Positions 18,326-32,451 of a stretch of 64,000 nucleotides of DNA are shown here, piece after piece. Under the pieces are notes generated by a model that was not told where the DNA came from, ran no database searches, and saw only the letters and a list, made by a program, of their open reading frames with translations. The stretch is taken from assembly GCA_965637545.1 (NCBI GenBank), contig OZ281499.1:21142001-21206000 (forward strand), read 5' to 3'. Position numbers and translations under genes: made by a program. This stretch comes from Phallusia mammillata (lineage: Eukaryota). Positions within the stretch are counted from its first letter, which is position 1. Each line of letters opens with the position of its first letter.

Positions 18326-21300
18326 AAACGATTTTTGAGACACTTCGTTTGTTGTTTTGGCTTGTATGTCGCCATATAAGGGATTTAAATTTAAAAATCT
18401 GCTAAATATCAACAAATGGCGGAAAATCTACTAAACACCATACCTGTCGATAGGTGGCGTTAAGAGCACAAGTATCAATTGAAAACGGTGGTCTGGCGTG
18501 CCTGACCCATATACAGACATAAAAAACCTTGATCGGGATTCGTTCCCCGGAGTGTCCTGGGTTCGAACCTTGTGAAAAAAATACAGTAGACCTCGGTTAA
18601 ACTGGAACCATTTGAACAAAAAAAATAACCGACGATTAACCAATGTCAATTGGGTAAATCCTTACCACATTAAAAATAATTTGTGCCTCAAGTTTTGTTC
18701 GAATTGGGCGGATTTTTTTTCGCAGTGTGAACGGTTGTGTTAATAATGTTGGTTCTTCAACTTGTAAATTTGAGTTTTCTGGAGGATCATACAATAATAA
18801 AAAAAACACTAATATTTAAATTACACAAGGTGGTTCAAGCTACTCATGTGGAGTCATAATTTCACGTCACTCCGATAAATCTTACACTTAAGTTTGTGTA
18901 AAACCACGCAATAAGGACGCAATGAGGTAATAAAACATTAACGGAGCCCATATGAAGCAGCACCTTAATAACATAAAACTGCCCAGTCATCTGGACTGTG
19001 TTCGTGGGAGCAAATATAAACATTCAGGTTAATATTTTACTAGACGTTTGGGACGCGCAGCACTCTGTTAGCTGTGGAGGTAAACGTTTAGTCTGCTTTA
19101 GTGCTTCTTGTTAAGAGCGTTTTTGCTAGGTGTTGTAACATGTGAAATTGTTTACGACTCCAGCGTCAATTTGTCAGGTTTAAGCTGAGCGAATTAACGG
19201 GGCTTAACCGATTTTTCAGCAAATGTTTGACAACAGTCAATATTACAAGAAAGTTTAAGCTCTTGTTTATGTTTTTTGCTGTAAAAGTCGACAAGCAAGT
19301 GCTTATATGTGGTGTTTGCGACTTTTTAAAGTTCAGAATCAGTGTAAATTAACAAGATATAAAGCTTGTCCAAGTACGATCTTGTGTGGTAAACAGGCTC
19401 AATAACACCCTACAAGTAGTCGCCAGTAAAAGATTTGTTTACAACCAGTCGACACGGTTGTTCGTATGCAAAAAAATTCAACGCCTTTAAGATGAAACAA
19501 CCCAAAAAATATTTATCGGAACAATAGTTCTGCGAGCCTATAATGACAGTTCACAAGATAGAAATAGGATTACCGGGATAAACATTAAAATTTAATGCCA
19601 AATATAAAGCTAAACAACGTGTAAGGTAGGCTAGCAAACTACCAGCAACGACCCTTATTATTATAACAACATTAAATTGCCTTGAAAACAAAGCACTTCT
19701 AATGCTTTCAAGCAGGTTTCTGAAATGTATAGGTAAAATCTTTGTGAATGGTGTAAAGGTGGTACAGTGGTTTGATTTCTATTATTTGCCCTGAAGGCAA
19801 AGTGCAAATGCACACAACCACCGTAATGACAACAGGTAACTTTTACTCTAACGAAACTGCTTGGTAAACTTGAGATAGCACTTCTAGCAAATGCATTCTT
19901 TGTTGCGAAGTTTGTTTAGTCGCCGTAAGGTAACCTACAACCCCCTCAGTGTTAAAACTTAGTTTGTTTATTCACAATAATCTAGTATGTACAAAGATCA
20001 AGATATATGTTTTTAGGGTAGTTCAGATGTAAGTAGCAGTTGCCAAAAACTATGCTTTTTGATTCATGAAGCTTTTATTTTACAGTCGGCATAAAAATCT
20101 ATGCACAGAAGCCGCAGATTATAATATGTGTAAACAACATTAATATGTTTCCACAGCGAACAGTATCTGCACTAAATTTATCTGTCAACAAATTAAACTT
20201 AAAAATGTGCAAGCAGTACTGTCATTTCAGAGGCAATAAACACAAACGTAAAATCGTAGATATAGTCAATAGTTACCCAGCCTACGTGTTTGGACGTGAC
20301 CGGCTCAAAATTCCTTTCGGTCACATGACGTCTTAAGTCGTTTCGCATCAATGCGCAATCATTTGTTGTGACATATCGGGAGCAGTGAAGCGCAACGACA
20401 AACGGGAGATTCATTCAATGCCAGACAACGCAAATATAATTTGCTATCGAGGCTACAAAAAACAGGAACAAAAGTCAGTAGATAAGGTTTGCCTTATTTC
20501 GATGACTGTGGGTTATTGTATAACCTAATAAAAGAAGCAGATTGTTGGTAAACTCAGTTGCACAATTGACAACAGTTTCCTGTGCCTGTTTTTTATTGTT
20601 TATTTATGTTTAGTTGCATAACGTAGCAGCATAGCTTAGAGGTAGACTTGGCCAGTGTAAATCAATTTTGTATTTGTCTTTGGAATTCCAGCTGCACCCT
20701 GCGTTGTAAGCAACGGCCTGTTAACCATCAGTCAAGACATGAGCTAAAACCAGACCAGATCTAAAGTCTAAACACTTTGACCTTTACTTATCACGGTGAA
20801 TTGCAGAGGCAAGCTACCGACAACAGCACTAAGGTTTGGCCTTGTGAAATCAACCAGTGTAATGTTTTGATACCAGGCTGTTAATAGCAGCATTGTGTAA
20901 ACGTCCATACCGCATGTCAAACCACGTTTATCGTTTTTGTTTCCGTCCGGTTGTGTCTAGTTTGAATCAGCGCTCTTGTTGCCTAGTAACAACACTGAAA
21001 CCTCCTGCCATGTGCTTGAAACATATCGAAAATTGCATACAGGGTTCCCCTTAGTATTGCAGGGAGGCAGAACACTCAGTATTGCAGAGGATAAGAGTAA
21101 AATAGCTAGGTTTTACCAACTAGTAGTCAGACAACGATTCTTGTTAGACACTGCATGTTGTGTGACATTTTGATGCGATTTAAGTGACACCTTTATGATA
21201 ACACGGTTGGCAAACTGCTGGCACGTACAGGTACTTAGCCTATTCTACATTATAAAGAAGTCGCCTATTTACATTTCCAGAGCTACTTATAATCGCCTTT

Positions 21301-21928
21301 TAACTTTGCATACACGTAAAATTTAATTTCCCTACACTGACAATCGCGATAACGTTGACAAGGTATCCAATGTGTACATAAAGAAGCATTTGGATTTTAT
21401 ATGTTAGCTCAAAATATATTGACGATAGACGCGATGGGAGTGAAGTCGTAGTTTGGGAACGCTAGTCCACACCTGCACTATTGTTTTTGTTGCGTAACGT
21501 GCCATGGTACTTGTAATGTTCAGTTAGCGTTCGGCTTAGGGATCGAGTTGGTGGTTTGGGGTTAAAGTTATACAACGGATTGTAATAAACTGTACAAAAC
21601 AGGAAGGTGTTCTGTATAGAAAATGTATTGAAATCACTCGTAGGCAATGCGTTAGGAATAGATAAATTGAGAGTAGGCGGTAACAAAGGATAAAACTGGT
21701 TTGGTGCATTTCATACTGTTGTCTTAAAACTAAGAACAGTTTATACGCTATAAGTAATTACCGACAGCCCAAGCTTAATTCGAAGGACTTTTCTCTACAG
21801 CTACAATTATTTCTTGCTATTTGTATTATTGGCAATGTATTTATTTGTTCAGCAGACCCCTAAGCTTAAAGTAAACATCGTATAATGAGTTACTGTCTGT
21901 CTGGTGCCAGCAGAACAAGTGACAAAAC

Positions 21929-24632
21929 ATGGCACTTCGCGACATGGCTATTGTTAACATTGAAAGGGCCATGAGAGGGCCGAGTGTCCATCCTACCACG
22001 TCAACCAATAATAATAGCAACGTACAAGGTAAGCCATAGATAAATACGAACAACTCTAAATGCAAATTCTTTACACCGTTTGCTAGAAATTAAATTACAA
22101 ATAACTGGTGTTTTCGTTAAATGTTTAATTGGGTCAGAAAACGTTTTCCTATTTTTAAACAAAGACCTATTAATAGAGTCCCAAATTATCCCATGCTATA
22201 CAGGGCTTTAAGGAGTGGTTCCCTATTGTCGAAGTTTGTGCCTCAAGGTTCTAACTACTCGGGGCATATACATGGAGTTAGAAAGAAATCCCAAAATATA
22301 AAACATTTATCTGGTGAATTGAAATAAACTGATGTACTTTTAAACCCGGGTTCTAATTCGATTGAGAGCTTGTACTGATGATGACAGCAATTGTTAAAAC
22401 GTCTGCATCATGTAGTACTCACAAGTTCTCTGGTAGTTATGTTTTTAATTAAACTGAGGCTGTTTTTGGCATTTATAGAGCTTGCGCCTGCCCCTCAAGA
22501 ACAACCGCCATTGGACGATACTCCTCAACCTTCGCAAGAAGAAACTTCCACAAACAACGAACCTTCATCAGAGGAAGACGAATCCTCATCACCACCTCCT
22601 CAGTACGGGGAGGATGACATCGGAGTAACTCTTGACTATGAACCTCCAAATCCTGACGGAATAGTCCAAGAGGACGGAGGTGTCGCAAATGGAGACGGAA
22701 CATCCCCGGAATCTAGAACCGGGCGCCAACGCTCCCCCAATTCCGGATCCGATTCGGATTCCGTTGATGAGGAAGGCAGGACCGGGTGGAGGGGAGCACT
22801 GGGATGCTTTCGATTCTACTCTCACCACTGGGTGGGGCAGTTTTTATCTGGGATTTTTACCGGGCTTGTGTTCTTCGTGATAGGAGTGGTCTTTATTATT
22901 TACTTCACCGATTTGCCGACGTACATAGGCGTCCTCTTCATTTTAGTGAGTCTGCCTCCATGCTGCATGGCAATTAACAGGTAGGAACACCTATGGAAGA
23001 TATGCAATGCTAGTTCTATTGAAATGTATCGCTTAAACGAATATGTGTTCGTGTAAAATACAACTTTACCTTTCCTCTTTAAAAGTGTGTTTAAAATAAA
23101 TACATTTGAAACGTTTCATTTGAGTTAAAAATGGCCTAAATGCATTTCTTCGAAAATTTCGAAAATCTTCTGCTGTTTGGCTTGAAAGGAGGGCGCTGTC
23201 AATACGCATGCACACTGTACAGTTAATCATATTGTCACACAGGTGGAGATTCGCGCGCATGCACCAACGACAACGCGAGCGGTCGATAAACCGGTTAAAC
23301 GCAATTCGCCGCCATCACCGCCACCAAGTAGAAGATGAGGTGCACAGAAACGCGCAACTACCGTTTTCGGATCATCCACCTTCATACAACAACCTTGGAT
23401 TTGTCGGTAAGATGACTGATCATTTAAACACGCCACGGTTAAAGACAGAGATATTAGATAGAAACTATTAATAGAGTGGCACCACCTTGGTTAAGCCTAC
23501 ACTATACTTTGGTCACGGACGGTTGCTTGGTAATTGTGGATATAGTTCCTCTGTGGTTCATGCCCAATTGTGACCTTAAACAGGTTTGGCGAGGCATGTT
23601 TTTCCTATTACTCCTAGCAAATTGGAGTGCCGTAATATGGCTACACTGGCATATGCTGAAATGTCTTGTCACAAGCTGCACTGACGGTCTACGTAGGTCG
23701 AAACAGTGTACAATGTCTGCAGCTTAGTTATATAAGTTAAAAATTTTGTGAAATCAAAAACCTCATCCACAGAACTAAAGTATCTTGACAATCAATGTAT
23801 TGTGGAGCTGAGCGAACAGTTTACTGCAGGGCTTAAGTCAAAGCAAAATCTTTCGGCAATTAAATTATATTTGAATAAGGAACTCAAGATTCTGACAAAC
23901 ATAAGATTTATCTGTTTCAAAAAACACTGTCTGCTATCCAGTGTTATATTAAAGATTGCGTGCATAAATAATAGCTAAAATATGTTAACATGGTTAAGGA
24001 TTTGTGGTATTTGTTTTAATGTTTTGATTTTTACTTTACAGGTGAAGAAATAGGTACCTACATCAATCCAAGCGACTCCAACAGTTCCGTGTCACTGTCT
24101 AATGACGTCATCGCCCCTCCTACGTATGATGACGTAGTCAAATACAAACAGATGATGGAAGAGCAACGTAAGTTGTTTGATCAACATTCGATTTTTTGTT
24201 TCATAATTGTAGATCGAATCCATATGATGATGGTAACAAAAAAAAAGATTTCATAAAAGAATAGAAGACCCATAACACACTCTACGATTTACATACTTAT
24301 TGCGTACAGCTGCTTTTTAAACTAATTTTGAGGTCAGATCAATTTAGATCAAAGTAGTTTTAACAGTACAACCAAAAGTCATAAAATAGATTTCCCATTC
24401 TGTGTTTATAATATTCGTTAACGAATGATGATGCTAAGGCAAAACTAGTCCGAGATACAAAGAGCTAAAAAATGATCAAGTACTGATGGTATTAAATCCG
24501 ATGTTATATTTACACATGACACTGTTTTGTTTGATAGGTCTTCAAGAAAATAGTTCCAATTCTCAACCGGCTGTTATCGTAACAGATGAAACACAAAACG
24601 ACCAACCCACAACAAATCCCTCAACTACTTGA
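21929..24632 (+). CDS. Uncharacterised two-TM-helix protein with an acidic/Pro-rich N-terminus and three PPxY (WW-binding) motifs; 328 aa, 5 coding exons
   Basis: Exons 21929-22028, 22479-22980, 23243-23406, 24042-24167, 24538-24632; GT-AG, phases consistent, 987 nt. An in-frame TGA lies just upstream of the ATG. Hydrophobic segments WVGQFLSGIFTGLVFFVIGVVFIIYF and TYIGVLFILVSLPPCCMAI. Motifs PPQY, PPSY, PPTY. No family recognised; exon 1 assignment is the least certain part. Confidence 0.78.
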
Positions 24633-27600
24633 TGTCTGGTACAATAAAACTTTTTTAAGCCAAACAACCTTCAAAAACAATACGAAATGACCTTGCGTCG
24701 TATATTGTAAATTGTTCGACATATTTTAGAACTTGACACATTTGAATCTTGTGAGTAAATGAACTTGCAGTTAAGTTTATATTTCACTTACATATGTAAG
24801 AATTTGAATGAAATACTGAAACATACTCATTAGACGTATTTGTGCCAAATGGTAAAAAGTGCAAAAAACGTGTATTATTGCCTGTATTTAAGTCGAACCC
24901 TATCTTGGTGTTACCAGTTTCAAGTCACATCTTTTTCGATTCATTTGCTTTTAAGTATTCCGTACGTCTTGCGATAGAACCTTTAAATTTAACATAAAGA
25001 TAGTATTATAGGTTTGTATTTTTTCCTTCCAACAATATTCGGTATTCCATTGCATAAATGAAGCGTACACGAACCGAGCCGTCAATCAACGTTGTACAAA
25101 TTTCATTAAGGTGCGTTTCTTCAGTCAACTTGACTTCTATGCAAAACCACATACTTTGCAAATTTAATGCATTTGTCACTATACGTCTGTTATGTCACAC
25201 AAAAGATGTATTGCTCTCTCGACCTAATATAATAAGTCTGCAATAGATGAAAGATTATGACAGCAAAGGTGGAAATATAGTCACTGTTTTTCTGTTAATA
25301 TTTAGACACAGGAAATTTCGGGTAAAAACTTGTGGTACAAAATTGTTTCTGAAAACCAAAGCATCCATACCGAATTCGACAAAATTAAACTGTTGAAAAC
25401 TATATTTCCAAGGGGATATTAATACTTTTCCAAATACTAGAAATTACTTAATAGTCCGGCTTCTCCAAAAAGGGCGATATAAACTTATATTAAGAGGTTT
25501 ATTAAAGTATTATTGTTTATCATATTGGTAACATATTGTCGTGAATAATGAACCTGCTCTTTGCAATTTGAACCTGCTCTTTTTGACAATTTTTCACTTT
25601 TCTTTTTCTTTTATCAATGTACATCTGAATCTGATTTTGTTTCGCGATTTATTTTAACGTTTTGTGTTTATTTCACGACTTTTTTCGCTGGCACTTTATC
25701 CTGTACACCTTTTTCGTGTTTTTGTTTGTTTATTTTTATTGACAGTTCTTTTAATTCTAATACAATTTGTGGCTTATTTCTCTACAATCCGCGTGTTATC
25801 AAACAGATTAAGGCCGGTTATTACCTTACAACAAAATAAATTAAACCCTTATTAAACCTTTTACACTACGAACAATATAGAAAAGTTATAAAAAGCTTAA
25901 TTTTAGGCGATTGGTTCAAATGCAAACAATCCATTGTAAGATGGCCGACAGCCATTGTTACATAACAAAGAAAGACAATAAACCGTAAAACCTATTTGCC
26001 AGAGTAACAACGCCCCCAGGATAGTTAATAAGTAATAGATTTCACCCAGTTCACGACGTATTCCTGAGAAAAACCATGGGTAGTTTCCAAACTTTTACAC
26101 CAGTTTAGCACATACCACCAAAGTAAAAGATTACGTATAGCATCGAAAATTGGGTTTCCCATAGGCATGTTTTGTGTCATTAAAAACTGATTACAAACTC
26201 ATGTTTTAATAGATAGCTTTTAAACGCCAATGGGCATCTGAACTCTTTAAAGTGGGATTATATATCATTCAATGACGAAGCATTTTCGAAATACCCTATG
26301 AAATATTAATAAACTATAACTATAAAGTTTATTATTGTATAACACCGTTTTTCGTGTCAAGCATGGACTTGAGCATTGCTACAAAACAACAATAAAGACA
26401 TAATACTTCAGCTAAGCTACAGGCATAACCAATTTGCTCCTTTCTGAGCGTTTGGGCTTGATAAAAGCCGAAAATGGGCGAATTGGGGTCCTGACAGTAG
26501 CCTACATTGGACAGTTAAAATCCAATGCCGTGACAAGGCAAATTTTGTCTTCCCTTTATAGACGCGTAACAAAATCCACGAGATCTAACGTTTGATATTT
26601 TGTTCATATTACCATAAAACACGATGTTATTAGTTTCATTACATCAGCCGTAACTTTTCCTGGTCTTGTCTGTAAAGGACAATTTGGTGCCAGTTTCATT
26701 TAACATTTACAAATTACCTATCTGTTCAGAAGGCTGTATGAAAAAAGAAAAAGAATGCGTCTTTAACAAACCGAATTCCATGGATCAGAACCGTTAACGG
26801 AGAAAGCTACTACTGAGTGCTCATACCAAGTTATCAAACAGTAAGTTAGCCTATAATAGCGTAAGAAAAAACTGTCTCTCTTTTTGGCATCAACGACTCA
26901 CAAACAAGTTAATACAATAAACAAGCACCTTTTCATAAGTACAGCAAACTATTAAAGACAAGCAAATTTTGTTGACATAGCAAAGTTGCTTACACATCAT
27001 CTCCATTTTTTTACTTGGAAGATTTACTTGCGAGTACGCTTTGCTTAATCAAACGCGGCAAATCTACTTAAGTCTTAAAAATGTCAATTTGTTTGAAGGA
27101 AATACATAAAAAGAGTCGGGCCATCGAAGCATGAGATCGAAACAGCGCACCAGATTTGTTTTAGAAAAGCCTGACAGTTAAGCTCTGATACAAATGTGGT
27201 CGAGTGTGAACCTGAATCAAGTCGGTGTATTTTAACTCAAGCCCAAATCCGACATGGAAAGCCCGGGCCAACAGTTCTGAGCCATACAAGTAACTATACA
27301 AGACATGAAATCAACCTTAAAAGAGCTTCATCAATGCACAACTGCCGCTGTTAGAAATCATGTGGTGATTACTTAAAACGTATTAAACAACCGTTGATGT
27401 TACCACAAGTGGAGTTTAAAGGTTTGATATTGATTACGTTTTACACTTATGATAACAAAACGAAACAGTTACTACATATTATTTCTTTAGAAGTGGTTTG
27501 GTTTTAAGTTGTTCATAACCTGTAAACAAGTAAAACACAAGCATATAATGATATGACAATATTTAACAATATGACATTAAAAAATGTGATTATGACTATC

Positions 27601-27854
27601 GAAAAAGTTCCCAATATATACAAACCGTATAGTTTAACATAATAGAAAGTATGCGATGGTATTTCCTACGCAAGGCAGGATAGACTTAGCCAAAGCAATT
27701 TCGAGACAACACGGGCAAACGCAAAATGCAATGTAGTGTATTTTCATTGCAGTGCGAAAAAGCATTGGAGAATGATAAAAAGGTAGGATGAACCGTCTTG
27801 ATTCGGTAATAAATGAAGTGCAAGGATAGGTTTGCGCCAGCCCTATAGTTTCAC

Positions 27855-30800
27855 TCAATACGCCATTACACTCTGCATCATTTTGTAATTGTCTCTGTGC
27901 ACCGCCCTGTGGGAAAAGAAATCAAATATTTAATCGCTAAGAGGCGCTAAAGATACAAATCCAAAATATGTTCAAGTCATATTTTTTTATCATTTCTTTA
28001 AAACCTACAAAATGGTAAAAATCAGTTAAAGGGCAGATTAAACAACTGCAAATTAATTCACCGCATAATGTAAAGTTAAGGATCTACATATGGACACAGC
28101 CTTTCATTTTTTTGTATTCCATCGCTCCTTATCTTTGCGCAATTATTTTCGGCTTGGTGAATGTTTTCAATTTACTGCGTAGCGGTAAACGTTATGGAGC
28201 GCAAAAACAGTACAATTGTGTCGGTAGGGGTTCTTTTACTAAGCGAAACTCAAACCAACCAAACCCAACTCACGTTCAAATTCTTATTCAAATAGAATCA
28301 GACCTTGTATCTGGTTAAGTAATCATTCTACCTTTAACTAGTTGAGACTTACCATACTATAAAATTGGACTTACTTGACGACATTTTGTGCCATAATTGA
28401 CTTCACAGGTCGCGATTTAATTCCCTGAGACGGATGGAAGAGTTTTCCTTCTTTGTTCGTGGTCGCCACTTTCTTCTGTTTTATACTGTATGGATCGTTT
28501 GAATGCGAGGGATAGGGATCAAATGTTCCAGCTTTTGCTCCACCAATCTAAAAATAACACTACTCTAAATTCCTGGTATATGAACACATTAAATATGCAT
28601 CTACTTTATTGTATGGATAAGTAAACTCCAAAGAAAGCTGAAATATTAAGCTGTGTAGCGTATTTCCTATGTATACTTGCAAATTGTTACAGAAAAGTTA
28701 GGCACTTCTGAACAACCATCCTTAAACTTATACCGGTATAACTATCAGAGTGGTAAGATAAAAAATCGTAAGTGTGTTAAAAGAACATTTATGCAAGCGG
28801 TACAGTAGACATGCAGCTGAACAATGTGACGTTAGCCACGAGGTTGGGTGATTTTTCTGAGCAAAGTTTCGGTAAAACAATGCCTTGCGATGTAACCGGT
28901 TCTAATCATTTCAGTCGTAAACCCTAGCTATCCACGTTTTTCCGAACGCGAAGTCTATGCGGTAACCTTGAAGTCGTACTCAAGTACCGAAGGCAGACAT
29001 AGTGAAAACGTGGTCTATTTAAACCTTATTTCAACAATAAAACAAACTACAAACAACATAGCCGTTTGATGTTGTGGAAATTTACCTTTTTAGGTGGTGA
29101 ACTAGGTTTAAATGGCTTAACCGCGGGTAGTTTTGGCGAGGAATGTTTGCCTGGACCTAATGCACGATCTGATCTGTAAGGATTGTTGTCAAAATATGAG
29201 GATGGATGGAGGTTCAGTTTAAATGGTCCACCCTTCAAAGATCCTTTGTGTGCAAGTTGGTCTTTCTACAACAAAAAAATACACACCAAAAGTCGAAACA
29301 GTAGAATGTATGAAGAATGCAATATGTTAAACTTGGACTAAAATTTCTTTCAATTATATCAATGTTTATATCAACTAGATCAGGGCTACTCAAACTTTCT
29401 TGCTCTGCGACCCCATTTTCAAACAGAAATTTCTACGCGACCCCTTGATGGGTACAGCCCAGGGGTGCACAACCTCTTCCCTATGACGGCCGCATATTTT
29501 TTTTGCTCAACGGCCTCCAATTGCCTGCTTGCTTGTGTTTCAAAATTACTGATGTAAAGAAATACTTCTAATATCTAATAGCGCCTAACTTGATACACAG
29601 ATTGTCAGTGTTAGCTTTTATGACGTCATAATCTATATTGTGACGCTTGTGGCTTCTGCTTTATCGCATTGTTTGCACACAATAGGCATTAAAAGTCTGG
29701 CGCATGTGGCTTCTAGGCTGGTAATACTTTAAGTTCCACAAAATGTGCTTAGAGCAGTTTGAAAATCAAAATATTTGGCAAAAGAGTTTTTATTTACGTC
29801 ACGGCCGCCAGTCGCCAGTACATACATTTTAATAAACATGTTCACGGCCGCACAAATTCGTCTATGGCGCAGCACTTGTGCACCCCTGGTAGAGCCTATG
29901 CACGAGAATGATGTTTAAACAATAAATTTACGCATGTAAACTATTTAATGTGACAATGACAAATAACGCACGATGTTTCGCGACCCCAAAATTATATTCC
30001 GCGACCCCAATTGGGGTATATACCAGCAGATCATGTAATAAGTTTTACTTACTTCAATTTATATGTATTTAATACATATAAAGCAGCAACAACCAGGGTT
30101 TAACCTATTGTCTTAACACTTACCCGCCGTAATTCTTTTCCTCTATCAAAAGCTTCCACAGCATGATCATGGTATTTACCTAATGTAACATTCATGTAAC
30201 TGAAATCGAACAAACAAATAAATTTCAAAAATCGTATTCTGTTGGTCTGAAGGTCATATGATCATACACACCCATAGCCAGTTCCTTTTTTGCCAGGGTT
30301 AGTGGTAAAATTTCTTCCTGGTGCTGTGTAGGGCTTCCGCTGTCTCGAAACTGGACTAAAGGCACCAATGGCTCCAGAAAATGTACCATAGTGGTTTCCC
30401 AGGCCACACCTACGAGAGAAAATGTCAGGTTTTATACTTAAACATCTGGATTGGAAAAAATCTATGGAAACAAATAAAAAAAATTTGGAACAGAACAGTA
30501 ACAGACTCTCCAACAGGCAGCATGGTTATTGACGATCACCATTTATGTAACTTAATAGAATGGAAAATATTTGTGGAGTTACTGAATCAGTCAATGAATA
30601 TCATGAAATATAGAAGATGTTGTTGTCCAGAATTCGCAAATTTACTAGTTGCCACACCATGTGCATTGCTGATTGTTTTGTTGTTTTTTTGCCACTGATT
30701 CAACATGTGTACTTATCTTTCAATTATGTTTTAGCCAGTGGTTTTATAGGAACTGAAGATTGCAGATATGGGACTTTACATTAGTTATGATTATGACATT

Positions 30801-32040
30801 TTTTGGAATGCCCAGTCAGTGTTTTTTGCTTGTGATTTACTTGCATGTATATACTGTATATTTTGTTTTGTTTCTTACGGTAATTTTTCTCCATTGTTAG
30901 GAAGGAATGCTTTTCCAATATTCTTATTACTTTGTCGCAATCGTTCCTGTCTTCTCAGTTTGATTGGATCTGTGTAAGCTTCCTTTTCCATGATACGCTT
31001 GAACTGGCTATCAAAATACCCAGCCTGAAAAGATACAATAGCTGTGCGTCAACATGTTTTGGAAACACAGCACATACCCAATGATGGTTGACAAAATAAA
31101 GTGGTATAATAGAAGAGACTGTTCACACTTACAGTACATATTACTGCAATATATATATACATGGAATTGACTACATTTCAATTTTGGTTAATCATTGTAC
31201 ATCAGGCCTTTAAACGTAGATATATCAAATTTAAGGCAGTCTTACAAACTTTTGGTACAGCATTTACAAACATTGCAATGTGAGGCTATGGATACTATGA
31301 TAGTTGCAGTATGTTGATACATAACACTTGTTTTTTTTTTTTTTAAAGCAATTCACTGTAGCATTCTTGTTTTAAACAACATGAGAAATTCCTACAAACT
31401 TCAAAGAACAAAATTAAATACCAGTTATGACCATATGATAGAGTACCAAATTGACAGTAATACCACATTCATAATGTACCTGCAGTGCTGATCTAGTTTT
31501 GCTTCCACCAGGCAACATATGTTTTCCTTTGTATGCAGAATCATTAAAGGGCACTGAAATGACAATTAAAGCACTATTTGAAACAGAAATAGTGTATTTT
31601 ATTTAGTTTTGGTTTTAAATGGCATAAAATACTAACAGCAATCAGAAAAAACAAACTACTGCATGACAAACTTACAACTTTATGCAACAACCTTTCCTTT
31701 TCTGCAATTTAAAGCAGCTCTACATTGTTTATCTATCTCTGACTCATGTTTGTGGCATGTAGTTACATTTTTTTGATCACAAATCGAATTAAAATAAACC
31801 CAAATAAACTTAAGCAACAACTATTCATTTACAAATTTATTTATTTTATTGCTTTTAGAAGTAAATAAAAAAATAAGTTTAGAAATCAAAAAACACAACA
31901 AACATAAACTTTTTTCACAGATCATACTTACAACTGCTGACATGGACTTTAGGATATTTGTCACCAATTGTGGTGTAACCAACTTCACTAAACAATCCAA
32001 TCCTCTCCATGTCAGGTTTGCCACCTCCCCCACCGGCCAT
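27855..32040 (-). CDS. CFAP96: Cilia- and flagella-associated protein 96 (C4orf47/UPF0602 family); 315 aa, 8 exons
   Basis: Minus-strand exons 32040-31932, 31553-31480, 31024-30879, 30409-30272, 30199-30124, 29265-29086, 28547-28375, 27906-27855; GT-AG, phases consistent, 948 nt. Translation includes GKPDMERIGLFSE, MLPGGSK, AGYFD, GKAFLP, CGLGNHYGT, TNPGKKGTGYG, GPFKLNLHP..YFD.NPY, FKPSSP.KK, GGAKAGTFDPYPSHS and KSRPV.SIM, all matching human C4orf47 as I recall it. Confidence 0.95.
29381..30017. mobile_element. Older, truncated hAT-like MITE interrupted by the 29460-29888 element
   Basis: Starts with a CAGGGCTACTCAAACT-type hAT end. GCGACCCC motifs appear twice on each side of the inner element. 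No intact right TIR was found. Confidence 0.5.
29460..29888. mobile_element. Non-autonomous hAT-type MITE (429 bp) in CFAP96 intron 5
   Basis: Perfect 13-bp terminal inverted repeats CAGGGGTGCACAA (29460-29472) and TTGTGCACCCCTG (29876-29888). Flanking 8-mers GTACAGCC (29452-29459) and GTAGAGCC (29889-29896) match 7/8, consistent with an 8-bp hAT target-site duplication. Subterminal CGGCCGCA words occur near both ends. Confidence 0.8.
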
Positions 32041-32438
32041 TTTCTATGTTATTTAGGTACAGACCTACACAAAAATCTAAAACCTACTTGTAAAGTATCA
32101 AGTATTAAAAACAATTGTATGTAACAACAAAAATGCAAATAAAAGTTTTGGAAATAATAAACTTAGGTAGTTAAAATACTTCATTTCTGGTAAAGTATGT
32201 TTTCATGAAAATAATAGCAAATAACATCAAATGTTTCAAAACTTGCAGCAACTGAGGTGCAATAATTCCATCCATAAATTCGTACATGTCGCAGTTCAAG
32301 TATTAAGTATGCACGGCAAACACTCTACATAACCAGAATTGGAGGCAAGTTTACCTTAAAAAGCTACCGAGTACCGACGAAAACAACAAACGAAAAGCAG
32401 CATTTCGCGCAACTAGCAAAACCGCAAAGCTGTCAACT

Positions 32439-32451
32439 GTTGCTTAGCAAT
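32439..32451. promoter_or_regulatory. RFX X-box-like motif GTTGCTTAGCAAT
   Basis: 12/13 match to GTTGCTTAGCAAC, lying between two ciliary genes. Confidence 0.55.

Noticed and set aside
18372-18381. Perfect CArG box CCATATAAGG
   Set aside because: Single occurrence in the protease 3'UTR with no supporting motif cluster.
21841-22065. Hydrophobic 74-aa minus-strand ORF
   Set aside because: Antisense to the phase-consistent first coding exon of the PPxY protein.
23868-23879. 12-nt match to the SL 3' end (TATTTGAATAAG)
   Set aside because: Short AT-rich word expected by chance at this composition.
26729-26846. Exon-like stretch flanked by TTCAG and GTAAGT between the PPxY gene and CFAP96
   Set aside because: Stop codons in all three frames; no partner exons.
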